From the NCBI GenBank assembly GCA_007128895.1, contig SKWO01000010.1, positions 1 to 54,603 on the forward strand: a stretch of 54,603 nt of DNA. The letters run 5' to 3'. The stretch comes from Gammaproteobacteria bacterium. Lineage in GTDB: Bacteria > Pseudomonadota > Gammaproteobacteria > SKWO01. This document shows positions 40,713-53,005 of the stretch, one piece after another. Position 1 is the first letter of the stretch, and the number at the start of each line of letters is the position of its first letter. The notes beneath the pieces were generated by a model, which ran no database searches, was not told where the DNA came from, and saw nothing but the letters and a program-made list of their open reading frames with translations. Both the position numbers and the translations under genes were made by a program.

Positions 40713-41469
40713 GGGTGGCCGGGTCGTGCCGGCGGAGCGGCTGACCGCGTACGAGCGCTGGGAGTTGCCGCTGTTGGACGCGGAGGCGTTCGACGAGCCG
40801 GAGTCGGTTGAGGCGCCGGAGCCACCGGATCTGCCGACGGCCGCCGAGATCGAGGCGATCGAGCGTCAGGCCTATGAGGAGGGCTTCGCACGCGGGCTGC
40901 GCGAAGGCACCGACCAAGGGCTGGAGGAGGGGCGCCAACGCGGCCATGCGGAAGGGGTCGAGGCCGGCCACCAGGAGGGCCATGAAGCCGGTTTTGCCGA
41001 GGGGCTGGCGGCGGGCAAGAAGGAGCTCGATGCCCGTCTGCACCGTCTGGACCAGATCCTCGGCGCCTTCACCGAGCCGTTTCGCGAGCTCGATGCGGTG
41101 GTCGAGGAGGAGTTGAGCGAGTTGGCGATCACCATTGCACGGCAACTGGTTCGGCGCGAGCTGCATGCCGATCCCGGCCAAGTGGTGGCTGTAGCGCGCG
41201 AGGCGATGAACGCACTGCCTTCAGCGGTGCGTCAGGTCACGATCCACCTGCACCCTGACGATGCCAAGCTGGTGCGTGACGCGTTCGGTGAGGCGTCGTC
41301 GAGTGAGGAGCGCCACTGGTCGATTCGTGAAGAGCCTGGCCTGACTCGGGGGGGGTGCCGTCTGAGCAGTGAGATCTCCTCTGTCGATGCGACGGTGGAG
41401 CGGCGCTTGACGGCGATTGTCGCCAACCTGCTCGGCGGCGAGCGTGAGGGCGATGGACAGTCAGCCTGA
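40705..41469 (+). CDS. fliH: Flagellar assembly protein FliH
   Basis: YERWELP N-terminus; AxxxG(xxxG)n repeats; IHLHPDD; GGCRL. Confidence 0.92.
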   Translation: MSKGGRVVPAERLTAYERWELPLLDAEAFDEPESVEAPEPPDLPTAAEIEAIERQAYEEGFARGLREGTDQGLEEGRQRGHAEGVEAGHQEGHEAGFAEGLAAGKKELDARLHRLDQILGAFTEPFRELDAVVEEELSELAITIARQLVRRELHADPGQVVAVAREAMNALPSAVRQVTIHLHPDDAKLVRDAFGEASSSEERHWSIREEPGLTRGGCRLSSEISSVDATVERRLTAIVANLLGGEREGDGQSA

Positions 41470-42802
41470 CCGCAAGCGGGCGCAGCGCTGGGCCGGCCGA
41501 CTCTCCGGGCGGCGCGAACGGCTGCAGGAGCCACCGGCACTGCTGGCCGAGGGGCGGCTGGTGCGCATGGTGGGGCTGACCATGGAGGCGGTCGGCTGCG
41601 AGCTCGATGTCGGGGCACGTTGCTTTGTTCAGGGGAGCAGTGGCGCCCAGCCGGTCGAGGCCGAGGTCGTCGGCTTTGCCGGTGATCGCCTCTACCTGAT
41701 GCCGACCGGTCCGATCCACGGCATCGGGCCCAACGCCCGTATCGTGCCGACCGGCCAGATGTATGAGGCCGCGGTCGGTGAGGCGCTGCTCGGGCGGGTG
41801 CTGGACGGGGCCGGGCGACCGCTCGATGGGCGACCGCTGCCCCATTTGTACGACCGCATGCCGCTCTCCGGCCATCCGATCAATCCGCTCGAACGTCAGC
41901 CGATTGAGATGCCACTTGATGTCGGTGTGCGTGCCATCAATGCCATGCTGACCGTCGGGCGAGGCCAGCGCATGGGGTTGTTTGCCGGCAGCGGCGTCGG
42001 CAAGAGCGTTCTGCTCGGTATGATGACCCGCTACACCACCGCCGATGTGGTGGTGGTGGGGCTGATCGGTGAGCGTGGCCGTGAGGTCAAGGAGTTCATC
42101 GACAACATCCTCGGGCCGGAGGGGCTGGCCCGCGCCGTCGTCGTTGCCGTGCCGGCCGACCACACGCCGGTGATGCGCATGCACGGCGCTTCGCTGGCCA
42201 CCAGCATTGCCGAGTACTTCCGTGATCGTGGCCACAACGTCTTGCTGCTGATGGACTCGTTGACCCGCTACGCCCAGGCGCAGCGGGAGATCGGGCTGGC
42301 CATCGGCGAGCCGCCCGCTACCAAGGGCTATCCGCCTTCGGTCTTTGCCCGGCTGCCGCAGCTGGTGGAGCGGGCCGGCAACGGTGCGGTTGGTGGCGGG
42401 TCGATCACGGCCTTTTATACGGTGTTGACCGAAGGGGACGATCAGCAGGACCCGATCGCCGATTCGGCCCGCGCCATCCTCGATGGCCACATTGTTCTGT
42501 CGCGCGACCTGGCCGAGTCGGGCCACTTCCCGGCGATCGATATCGAGGCCTCGATCAGTCGGGTGATGAACGAGATCGCCGACCCGGACCACCTGGAGGC
42601 GGCGCGACGTTTTCGGCGGGTCTGGTCGAGCTACCAGCAGAACCGTGACCTGATCAACATCGGCGCCTATGCGGCGGGGAGTGATCCGGTGATCGATGAG
42701 TCGATTGCGCGTATGCCGGGGATGCTCGACTTTCTGCGTCAGGATATCGGTCGGCAGGTGACGCTGGAGCAGAGCCTGCACGACCTCAGGACGCTCTGGT
42801 AA
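41453..42802 (+). CDS. fliI: Flagellar export ATPase FliI
   Basis: [51 protein letters not shown]. Confidence 0.97.
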   Translation: MDSQPDRKRAQRWAGRLSGRRERLQEPPALLAEGRLVRMVGLTMEAVGCELDVGARCFVQGSSGAQPVEAEVVGFAGDRLYLMPTGPIHGIGPNARIVPTGQMYEAAVGEALLGRVLDGAGRPLDGRPLPHLYDRMPLSGHPINPLERQPIEMPLDVGVRAINAMLTVGRGQRMGLFAGSGVGKSVLLGMMTRYTTADVVVVGLIGERGREVKEFIDNILGPEGLARAVVVAVPADHTPVMRMHGASLATSIAEYFRDRGHNVLLLMDSLTRYAQAQREIGLAIGEPPATKGYPPSVFARLPQLVERAGNGAVGGGSITAFYTVLTEGDDQQDPIADSARAILDGHIVLSRDLAESGHFPAIDIEASISRVMNEIADPDHLEAARRFRRVWSSYQQNRDLINIGAYAAGSDPVIDESIARMPGMLDFLRQDIGRQVTLEQSLHDLRTLW

Positions 42803-42808
42803 TCCTCC

Positions 42809-43246
42809 ATGGCACGCAAGCGATCGATGGAGACCCTGCAGCGACTTGCCGACAAGCGTGAGCAGGCCGCGGCACGTGCCATGGCCGATGCGCTGCGCCA
42901 ACTGCAGGAGCAGCGTGGTCGCATGGAGGGGCTGAGCGGTTTTCGCCAGGAGTATGCTCAGCGCCTGATCGAGAATGGGCGGCAGGGAATGGGGGTCAAT
43001 CGGCTCAGGGACCACCAGCGCTTTCTCGAGCGGCTCGATGAGGCGCAGTTGCAGCAGGTCGAGGCGATTCGGCGCGCCGAGGAGGCGTGCACCCAGCAGC
43101 GCCAGCTCTGGATGCTGGCGCGGCGCAACAGCGCCACCTACGACCGATTGGCCGAGCAGTATCGGCAAGCCGCCCGGCACGAGGCGGAACGGCGCGAGCA
43201 GCGCGAGACCGACGAGCACGCGACTCGCCACCACGCGAACGATTGA
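42809..43246 (+). CDS. fliJ: Flagellar export chaperone FliJ
   Basis: 145-aa coiled coil after fliI; FLERLDEA..QQ; REQRETDE motif. Confidence 0.9.
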   Translation: MARKRSMETLQRLADKREQAAARAMADALRQLQEQRGRMEGLSGFRQEYAQRLIENGRQGMGVNRLRDHQRFLERLDEAQLQQVEAIRRAEEACTQQRQLWMLARRNSATYDRLAEQYRQAARHEAERREQRETDEHATRHHAND

Positions 43247-43256
43247 GTCGGCGGTC

Positions 43257-43272
43257 TGGCACATTCCTTGCT
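43257..43272 (+). promoter_or_regulatory. Sigma-54 promoter for fliK(-fliA)
   Basis: TGGCACATTCCTTGCT, a perfect TGGCAC-N5-TTGCW match. Confidence 0.9.
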
Positions 43273-43317
43273 GATTTCCATTGCAAAGCGATCAATCGCA
43301 CAGTGATGGAGAAGGCG

Positions 43318-44565
43318 ATGTCCCAGATCATGCAGATGTTCATGGCCGAACGCAGCCCGATGAGCGCCGCACCGGCCCCGGCCAGGGGGCGTGAACCGGG
43401 CGCCAGTGAGGGCGCGTCGGGTGAGTTCTCGGCCCTCTTTGCCGGCTTCACGCAGCGAGCCCCATCCACGTCCGCTCGGTCGGAGGGTGGTGCCTCCGGG
43501 CGGCCGAGTGAAGCGCCGGTCGATCTTGAACAGCGACTTGCCGCGGTCGGCGAGGCCTTGCCGCCGAAACTGGGCGAGCAGCTGCCGCCTGAGCTGAAGG
43601 TGCGTCTGACCGAGCTGGTGGAAGTACTTCCTGACGAGGAGATGCAGGCGTTGCTGGCCTTGCTGCACGGCTTGCCGGACGACCCAGCGGCGGCGCTGAC
43701 CCAGCTGAAGTCACTGGCCACTGGGGGTGGTGCCGTGGCAGTGATGGCCGATTATCTGGCCCATGGGGCGGGTGATCGTGCGGCTATGTTGCAGCGGCTG
43801 GCCGAGCTGCGGCCGTCCGAGGATGAAGCTGTGCTTCGGGGGCTGCGGGTAACGCGCGCGGAAGGTGATCGGGGTGAGGAACGGCGCCTCGAACTGGCCG
43901 CGCGCCCCGAGCTGTCCGAGCGGCCAGGGGTCGGGGAGAAGCGTGAGTTGCCGGCTGCGCAGGGGCGTGGGGTGGGTGTCGTCGTGGCGGATGCCGTGGC
44001 GGCCGCTCGCGCGACTGCCACCGGCGGTGAGGGGCAGTCGGCGGGCCAGCAGGGTGAAGGGCAGACGCGCGGGTTTGGTGCGCAGCTCTTGCCGTCCACC
44101 CCGGCAGCGGCGCAAGCGCAATTGGCTGCGCCGATCACCGTGCCCCCAGGCCAGCCGCAGTGGGGACAAGCGGTCGGTGAACGTCTGGTCTGGATGGTCG
44201 GGCAGAAGATCCAGCAGGTGCAGATCCAGCTCAATCCACGCCATCTCGGCCCGCTGGATATCCGGGTCAGTGTCGAGCGTGATGTGGTCAACGTCAATTT
44301 CAACGCCCAGCATGCGGTCACCCGGGAGGCGCTGGAACAGGCTCAGCCGAGGTTGCGCGAGCTGCTGGCCGGCCAGGGGTTGACCTTGGGCGAATTCGGC
44401 GTCTCGCAACAGTCGTTGGCCGGGCGTGATCAGCCTGGCAGTCGTGGCGAGGGTGCTGCCGCCGCCGGGCACCAGCCGGGTAACGGTGGGGAGAGCACCG
44501 AAGAGGAGGAGCTGGCCCGACCGCTGCGGATAGTCAAGGATGGGCTGATTGATTATTATGCGTGA
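43318..44565 (+). CDS. fliK: Flagellar hook-length control protein FliK
   Basis: C-terminal WGQAVGERLVWM...IQLNPRHLGPLDIRV...REALEQAQPRLRELL; ends IDYYA. Alternative start 43305. Confidence 0.9.
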   Translation: MSQIMQMFMAERSPMSAAPAPARGREPGASEGASGEFSALFAGFTQRAPSTSARSEGGASGRPSEAPVDLEQRLAAVGEALPPKLGEQLPPELKVRLTELVEVLPDEEMQALLALLHGLPDDPAAALTQLKSLATGGGAVAVMADYLAHGAGDRAAMLQRLAELRPSEDEAVLRGLRVTRAEGDRGEERRLELAARPELSERPGVGEKRELPAAQGRGVGVVVADAVAAARATATGGEGQSAGQQGEGQTRGFGAQLLPSTPAAAQAQLAAPITVPPGQPQWGQAVGERLVWMVGQKIQQVQIQLNPRHLGPLDIRVSVERDVVNVNFNAQHAVTREALEQAQPRLRELLAGQGLTLGEFGVSQQSLAGRDQPGSRGEGAAAAGHQPGNGGESTEEEELARPLRIVKDGLIDYYA

Positions 44566-44610
44566 GCGGGCTGGCCCGCCCGCTTACCCATCCCACCACA
44601 GGTAGGGTCC

Positions 44611-45315
44611 ATGTACGCGCGCAAGAGCCAGGATGAACTGGCCGAACTGGTCGATCGTCACGGAGTACTGGTCAAGCGGATCGCCTACCACCTGGTGGCG
44701 CGGCTGCCGCCAAGCGTGGCAGTCGATGATCTGATCCAGGCCGGCATGGTCGGGCTGATCGATGCCGCCCGTCAGTACGATGCCTCACAGGGGGCGGCCT
44801 TCGAGACCTACGCCACGATCCGCGTGCGCGGCGCCATGCTGGATGAACTGCGGCGCAATGACTGGGCGCCGAAGTCGGTTCATCGGCGCAGTCGTGAATT
44901 GGCCGAGGCGATCCGCCGGGTCGAGGCCGAACACGGACGCGAGGCGCGTGACAGTGAGGTGGCCGAGGCCTTGGGGATCAGCCTCGACGAGTACTGGCAG
45001 ATCCTGCAGGAGAGCAGCAGCTGCCGCATGTTCAGCTTCTCCGATATGAGCGATGATAGCGACGGTCCCGAAGGGGTGCGCAACCGTGCCGACGAAGGGC
45101 CGGGACCGGAGGGTGAGACCGAGCGTGATCAGTTTCGGGACCGGCTGGCCGGGGAGATCGATCGACTGCCAGAGCGCGAGCGGCTGGTGGTGGCGCTCTA
45201 CTACGATGAGGAGCTCAACCTGAAGGAGATCGGTGCGGTGCTGGGCGTGACGGAGTCGCGCATCAGTCAGATACTGAGTCAGGCACATCATCGGCTGCGC
45301 GCCCGGCTGAGCTAG
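44611..45315 (+). CDS. fliA: RNA polymerase sigma-28 factor FliA
   Basis: [71 protein letters not shown]. Confidence 0.95.
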   Translation: MYARKSQDELAELVDRHGVLVKRIAYHLVARLPPSVAVDDLIQAGMVGLIDAARQYDASQGAAFETYATIRVRGAMLDELRRNDWAPKSVHRRSRELAEAIRRVEAEHGREARDSEVAEALGISLDEYWQILQESSSCRMFSFSDMSDDSDGPEGVRNRADEGPGPEGETERDQFRDRLAGEIDRLPERERLVVALYYDEELNLKEIGAVLGVTESRISQILSQAHHRLRARLS

Positions 45316-45407
45316 CGCTTCCCGAGTCGGCTGGTTCGACAGCCTCGCCGGCATCGGGTAAAGTAGCGACGAGCAACCTCAGAATACAAGCTGAACAGGC
45401 GTCCTTC

Positions 45408-46298
45408 ATGAAGAGCAAGAACCTGATCAACAAGGCGGTCTTTCCAGTCGCCGGACTCGGTACCCGGTTTCTCCCGGCGACCAAGGCCAACCCCAAGGAG
45501 ATGCTGCCGATCGTCGACAAGCCACTGATCCAGTATGCAGTGGAGGAGGCGGTCGAGGCCGGCATTACCCAGATGATCTTCATTACCGGGCGCAACAAGC
45601 GCTCGATTCCGGACCACTTCGACAAGGCATACGAACTGGAGGCCGAGCTCGAGGAGCGCGGCAAGAACCAGTTGCTCGAGATCGTGCGCAGCATTATCCC
45701 CGACCACGTCACCTGCATCTATATCCGCCAGGCGGTCACCCTGGGCCTGGGCCACGCCGTCCTCTGCGCCCGCCCGGTGGTCGGCAACGAGCCTTTTGCC
45801 GTGCTGCTGGCCGACGACCTGATGCATAACCCCGATGGGCGCGGTTGCACCGGCCAGATGGTCGACGCCTTCAATACCCATGGCAGCAGTCTGCTGGCGG
45901 TGCAGACCGTGGCGCCAGAGCATACCGACCGCTACGGCATTGTCGATGCCGAGAGCTGGCAGCCGCGCCTGAGCCGGGTGCGCGATATCGTCGAAAAGCC
46001 GGCGCCGGCCGATGCACCTTCCACCCTGGGTGTGGTTGGCCGCTATATCCTGACCCCGCGCATCTTCGATCGCCTCGAAGAGACGCCGCGTGGTGCCGGT
46101 GGCGAGATCCAGCTGACCGATGCGATCGCCATGCTGCTCAAGGAGGAGGAGGTGCTGGCCTACGAGTTCGAGGGCAAGCGCTACGACTGCGGTGACAAGC
46201 TGGGCTATCTGAAGGCAACCGTCGAGTTCGGTCTGCAGCACGAGGAGCTGGGTGACGGCTTTCGTGATTACCTGCGCCGGTACGCAACGGCACTATGA
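45408..46298 (+). CDS. galU: UTP--glucose-1-phosphate uridylyltransferase
   Basis: [54 protein letters not shown]. Confidence 0.97.
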   Translation: MKSKNLINKAVFPVAGLGTRFLPATKANPKEMLPIVDKPLIQYAVEEAVEAGITQMIFITGRNKRSIPDHFDKAYELEAELEERGKNQLLEIVRSIIPDHVTCIYIRQAVTLGLGHAVLCARPVVGNEPFAVLLADDLMHNPDGRGCTGQMVDAFNTHGSSLLAVQTVAPEHTDRYGIVDAESWQPRLSRVRDIVEKPAPADAPSTLGVVGRYILTPRIFDRLEETPRGAGGEIQLTDAIAMLLKEEEVLAYEFEGKRYDCGDKLGYLKATVEFGLQHEELGDGFRDYLRRYATAL

Positions 46299-47056
46299 GC
46301 GGCGTCACCGTGCAGCAGGCCACTGGTCCCCGTGTCATCGTGGCACTCGACTACCCGGATGCGGCCTCGGCACTGGCGCTGGCCGACCGGCTCGACCCGT
46401 CCCGCTGCCGGGTCAAGGTCGGCAAGGAGCTCTTTACCCGCGGCGGTCCGGCACTGGTGGAGCAGCTGATCGGCAAGGGCTTTGACCTCTTTCTCGATCT
46501 CAAGTATCACGACATCCCCAACACGGTGGCCGGTGCCTGCCGGGCGGCGGCGGATCTGGGCGTCTGGATGGTCAATGTCCATGCGCTGGGTGGCCGGCGC
46601 ATGATGGAGGCGGCGCGGGAGGCGGTCGCCCATGCCGAGCGGCCGCCGATCCTGCTCGCGGTGACCATCCTCACCAGCCTGGGGGAGGGCGATCTGCGTG
46701 AAATCGGGTTGGAAGACAGTGCCGGTGACAGTGTGGTGCGCTTGGCTCGGCTGGCGCACCGCAGCGGCATGGATGGCGTGGTCTGCTCACCGCGCGAGGT
46801 ACGCCTGCTGCGGCGCAACTTGAACCAGGCCTTCTGTCTGGTGACGCCGGGGATTCGCCCAGTCGGTGCTGGCGCCGATGATCAGGTGCGGGTGATGACA
46901 CCGGGGGATGCGATCCTGAGCGGGTCGGACTATCTGGTCATCGGGCGCCCGGTGACGGCGGTGGCTGACCCGCTGGCTGCGCTCGATGCGATCACGGCCG
47001 AGGTCGATCAGGCGCTGGTTCGCCGCCACGGTGACGACGCCGCTGCCAGCGAGTGA
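46295..47056 (+). CDS. pyrF: Orotidine-5'-phosphate decarboxylase
   Basis: [47 protein letters not shown]. Confidence 0.97.
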   Translation: MSGVTVQQATGPRVIVALDYPDAASALALADRLDPSRCRVKVGKELFTRGGPALVEQLIGKGFDLFLDLKYHDIPNTVAGACRAAADLGVWMVNVHALGGRRMMEAAREAVAHAERPPILLAVTILTSLGEGDLREIGLEDSAGDSVVRLARLAHRSGMDGVVCSPREVRLLRRNLNQAFCLVTPGIRPVGAGADDQVRVMTPGDAILSGSDYLVIGRPVTAVADPLAALDAITAEVDQALVRRHGDDAAASE

Positions 47057-47062
47057 GCCGCC

Positions 47063-47290
47063 ATGACCGGTGAGTCGGCGACGTCCGGGGTGCATTGCCA
47101 CAACTGCCGCCACTTCTATATCACCTGGGATGAGCGTTTCCCTTACGGCTGTGAGGCGCTCGGCTTCAAGGGGCGTTTTCTGCCCTGTCTCAGCGTGCGT
47201 AACGCCTCTGGCTTCAGCTGCCTCTACTTTGAGCCGAAGACCGCCCCGCCTCGCCCACCGTCGACCCTGCCCGGAACGATCATCTGCTGA
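47063..47290 (+). CDS. Small Cys-rich protein (CxxCxHFYITWD...PYGC...GFK...C), function unknown
   Basis: 75-aa ORF 6 nt after pyrF, exactly filling the gap to glgP; six Cys residues. Confidence 0.8.
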   Translation: MTGESATSGVHCHNCRHFYITWDERFPYGCEALGFKGRFLPCLSVRNASGFSCLYFEPKTAPPRPPSTLPGTIIC

Positions 47291-49765
<2,475 letters not shown>

Positions 49766-49860
49766 GCTGTTTCCTTGCCATCTGATGTCTCCTTCTGATG
49801 GTAACGAAGTCCGAGGCGATTTGTAAGGGGTTTGATGGCGTCGGCGAGCGGTGTCATCGG

Positions 49861-49882
49861 CGTGCAACGTGCAGGTTGCACG
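49861..49882. promoter_or_regulatory. Palindromic operator candidate in the glgP/hoxF divergent region
   Basis: CGTGCAAC-N6-GTTGCACG perfect inverted repeat, followed immediately by the palindrome ATTGCAAT. Confidence 0.5.
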
Positions 49883-49941
49883 ATTGCAATTGTCCGATTG
49901 ATCGACTAGTGTCAGAAGGGTGATACGACAAGGAGAGGCCG

Positions 49942-51747
49942 ATGGAGTCGCTTGACGACGAAGGGGTAGTGCTGCGGGTCGGGGAGGTCGCCGCGCGGCA
50001 TGGCGACGACCCCCACCGCCTGGTCCAGATCCTGCGTGATGTGCAGGCCGCGCTGCACCATGTGCCGGCGGCGGCGCTTGATGGTCTGGCTCAGCGGTTG
50101 GGTCTGGCGCGTGTCCAGGTTGAGGGGGTGGCGACCTTCTACAGCCACCTCAGCGCCACGGCACGTGGCCACTACCACTTTCTGTTCAGCGATGGTTACA
50201 CCGACCGTATGCTCGGGCGCGAGGCGCTGGTCGAGCAGCTCTGTGCTGCCCTGGGCGTCGAGCGCGGCGTGCCGTCGGCGGACGGCCGGGTGACGATCGA
50301 GGATACCGCCTGCACCGGCCTCTGCGACCAAGGGCCGGCCGGGCTGGTCAATGGCCGGCCGCTGAGCGGCCTCGGGCCGATGCGGATCGAGACCATCGCC
50401 GGTCTGGTCAAGCTCGGTGTGCCGGTCGACGAGTGGCCGCAGGAACTCTTCGACGTGGCCGACAATATCCACCGCCGTGACCTTCTTTTGGCGGGGCCGA
50501 TCCAGTCTGGCGACGGGGTGCGTGCCGTGCTCGAGCGCGGCGCCGAGGCGACCCTGGCCGAGGTCGAGCGTGCCGGCCTGCGCGGCCGTGGCGGTGCTGG
50601 CTTCCCGACCGCACGCAAGTGGGGCTTCTGCCGCCAGGCGGAGGCCGACGAGCGTGTCGTCGCCTGCAACGCCGACGAGGGCGAACCCGGTACCTTCAAG
50701 GACCGTGTGTTGCTGCATACCCAGCCAGATCTGGTCTTCGAAGGGATGACCGTTTGCGCCCGGGTCATCGGCGCCCGACGCGGTCTGGTCTATCTGCGGG
50801 GCGAGTATGCCTTTCTGCGTGAGCCACTCGAGGCGGTGCTCGCCGAACGTCGCCGGCAGGGGCTGCTCGGCAAGGCGATCCTCGGCGCGGAGGGGTTCGA
50901 CTTTGATATCGAGATCCACCTCGGCGCCGGTGCCTATATCTGCGGCGAGGAGTCGGCGATGATCGAATCGCTTGAGGGCCACCGCGGCACGCCGCGCATC
51001 CGTCCGCCCTTTCCGGTGGTCAGCGGTTATCTCGGTCTGCCGACGGTGGTCGATAACGTCGAGAGCTTTGCCGCCGCCGGGGCGATCGCCGCCCATGGTG
51101 GCGACTGGTTTTGCGCCTGTGGCACCGCCGAATCGACCGGAACCAAGCTGCTCAGCGTCGCTGGCGACTGTGCCCGTCCTGGCATCTACGAGTTTCCTTT
51201 CGGCGTCACCGTCGCCGAGGTGCTCGAGGCGTGTGGCGGCAGCGGTGCCCGCGCGGTGCAGGTCGGCGGCCCTTCCGGTACCTGTATCGGCCAGACCGAG
51301 TTCAGTCGCCGCATCGCCTTCGAGGACCTAGCCACCGGCGGCGCCTTCACCGTCTTCGGCCCAGGGCGCGACATGGTCGAGGTGGCGCTGCACCACAGCC
51401 GCTTCTTCGCCCACGAGAGCTGCGGCTTCTGCACACCGTGTCGGGTCGGCACCAGTGTGCTGGCCCAGGGGCTGGAGCGGATCGCCCGTGGTGGGGCAGG
51501 GCGCGCTGATCTTGAACCGCTCAAGCAGTTGTCCGGGGTGATGCGCTCGATGAGCCACTGCGGCCTCGGCATGACCGCGGCCAACCCCTTCATGCAGACC
51601 CTGGAGCGCTTCCCCGAAGACTACGAGGAGCGGCTGGCCGGCGACGACGTGATGCCGGCCTTCGACCTTGACGCGGCGCTGGCCGAGGCGCGTGCGCTGA
51701 GCGGCCGCGACGACGCCCACGCCCACCTGGAGCAGCGCCATGGCTGA
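49942..51747 (+). CDS. hoxF: NAD-linked [NiFe] hydrogenase diaphorase subunit (NuoE-like plus NuoF)
   Basis: GVATFYS; GLRGRGGAGFPT; CNADEGEPGTFKDR; GAGAYICGEE; ESCGFCTPCRVG...CGLG; AGGAG RBS. Confidence 0.93.
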   Translation: MESLDDEGVVLRVGEVAARHGDDPHRLVQILRDVQAALHHVPAAALDGLAQRLGLARVQVEGVATFYSHLSATARGHYHFLFSDGYTDRMLGREALVEQLCAALGVERGVPSADGRVTIEDTACTGLCDQGPAGLVNGRPLSGLGPMRIETIAGLVKLGVPVDEWPQELFDVADNIHRRDLLLAGPIQSGDGVRAVLERGAEATLAEVERAGLRGRGGAGFPTARKWGFCRQAEADERVVACNADEGEPGTFKDRVLLHTQPDLVFEGMTVCARVIGARRGLVYLRGEYAFLREPLEAVLAERRRQGLLGKAILGAEGFDFDIEIHLGAGAYICGEESAMIESLEGHRGTPRIRPPFPVVSGYLGLPTVVDNVESFAAAGAIAAHGGDWFCACGTAESTGTKLLSVAGDCARPGIYEFPFGVTVAEVLEACGGSGARAVQVGGPSGTCIGQTEFSRRIAFEDLATGGAFTVFGPGRDMVEVALHHSRFFAHESCGFCTPCRVGTSVLAQGLERIARGGAGRADLEPLKQLSGVMRSMSHCGLGMTAANPFMQTLERFPEDYEERLAGDDVMPAFDLDAALAEARALSGRDDAHAHLEQRHG

Positions 51748-52456
51748 CGGCACGATCACCATTGACGGACAGACAGTCCCGTTCACCGAGGGACAGACGA
51801 TCATGCAGGCGGCGGAGGCGGCCGGCGTCTACATTGCCCACCTCTGTCACCACCCGGAGTTTCGCCCGCACGGTAGCTGCAAGCTGTGCACGGTCAAGGC
51901 CGGTGGGCGCCATGTCGCCGCCTGCACCGCGCCGGCCAGCGACGGACTCGAGGTCGAGAACGAGAGCGAGGAGCTGGCCGCCGGGCGCCGTGCCTTGCTG
52001 CAGCTGCTCTTTGTCGAGGGCAACCACTACTGCCCCTTCTGCGAACGCAGCGGCAACTGCCAGTTGCAGGCACTGGCCTACCGCTACGGCATGGTCGAGC
52101 CGCACTTTCCCCACTTCTACCCGCAGCGTGAGGTCGATGCCAGCCACCCCGATGTGGTGTTGGAGCGTAACCGCTGTATCCTCTGCGCGCTGTGCGTGCG
52201 TGCCAGCCGCGACGTCGACGGCAAGCACGTCTTCGACATCGTCGGGCGCGGCATCCACGCCCGCTTGGCGGTCAACAGTGCCAGTGGCCGTCTGGCCGAC
52301 ACCGATCTTGCCCCGGGTGACCGGGCGCTCGAGGTCTGTCCGGTCGGTGCGATCATCGTCCGTGGCCGCGGTTTCGCCGTGCCGATCGGCGAGCGACTGT
52401 ATGACCACCGGCCGATCAATGAGATTGGCAACCGAGTGCCGGAGAGCGAACAATGA
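51740..52456 (+). CDS. hoxU: Hydrogenase diaphorase Fe-S subunit
   Basis: HLCH..GSCKLC..AAC (2Fe-2S); NHYCPFCERSGNCQLQ; RCILCALCVRAS; CPVGA. Confidence 0.93.
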   Translation: MADGTITIDGQTVPFTEGQTIMQAAEAAGVYIAHLCHHPEFRPHGSCKLCTVKAGGRHVAACTAPASDGLEVENESEELAAGRRALLQLLFVEGNHYCPFCERSGNCQLQALAYRYGMVEPHFPHFYPQREVDASHPDVVLERNRCILCALCVRASRDVDGKHVFDIVGRGIHARLAVNSASGRLADTDLAPGDRALEVCPVGAIIVRGRGFAVPIGERLYDHRPINEIGNRVPESEQ

Positions 52457-52995
52457 GCAAGATCCGCATCGCCACCACCTCGCTGGCCGGCTGCTTCGGC
52501 TGCCACATGTCGATCCTCGATATCGACGAGAAGCTCTTCGATCTGGCCGCTGTGGCCGAGTTCGACCGCTCGCCGATCACCGACATCAAGCAGTGCGGTC
52601 CGTGCGACATCGGCATCGTCGAGGGTGGCGTCTGCAACGCCGAGAACGTCGAGGTGCTGCGTGAGTTTCGCCGCCACTGCAAGGTTCTGATCGCCTGCGG
52701 TGCCTGCGCCATCACCGGCGGTATTCCGGCGCTGCGCAACGGGGTGCCACTGGTCGAATGCATGGCCGAGGCCTATCTCGACGGCATTGGCACCGAGAAC
52801 CCATCGCGCACCGTGCCCAACGACCCGGAGTTGCCGCTGCTGCTGAACCGGGTCCACCCGATCCAGGAGGTGGTCCGTATCGATCACTTCCTGCCCGGCT
52901 GCCCGCCGCCGGCCGAGGCGATCTGGCAGGCGATCAGCGACCTGCTGGCTGGCCGTGAACCGACCCTGAGCTACACCCAACTGCACTACGACTGA
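52453..52995 (+). CDS. hoxY: Hydrogenase small subunit
   Basis: SLAGCFGCHMS, EGGVC, GACAITGG, PGCPP; 180 aa. Confidence 0.94.
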   Translation: MSKIRIATTSLAGCFGCHMSILDIDEKLFDLAAVAEFDRSPITDIKQCGPCDIGIVEGGVCNAENVEVLREFRRHCKVLIACGACAITGGIPALRNGVPLVECMAEAYLDGIGTENPSRTVPNDPELPLLLNRVHPIQEVVRIDHFLPGCPPPAEAIWQAISDLLAGREPTLSYTQLHYD

Positions 52996-53005
52996 CGAGC
53001 CGCCC

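Noticed and set aside
40870-41020. Repetitive sequence in fliH
   Set aside because: Normal GxxxG repeats of FliH, not a DNA-level array.
44566-44586. Terminator between fliK and fliA
   Set aside because: A GC hairpin is present but has no U tract; more likely a stability or processing element.
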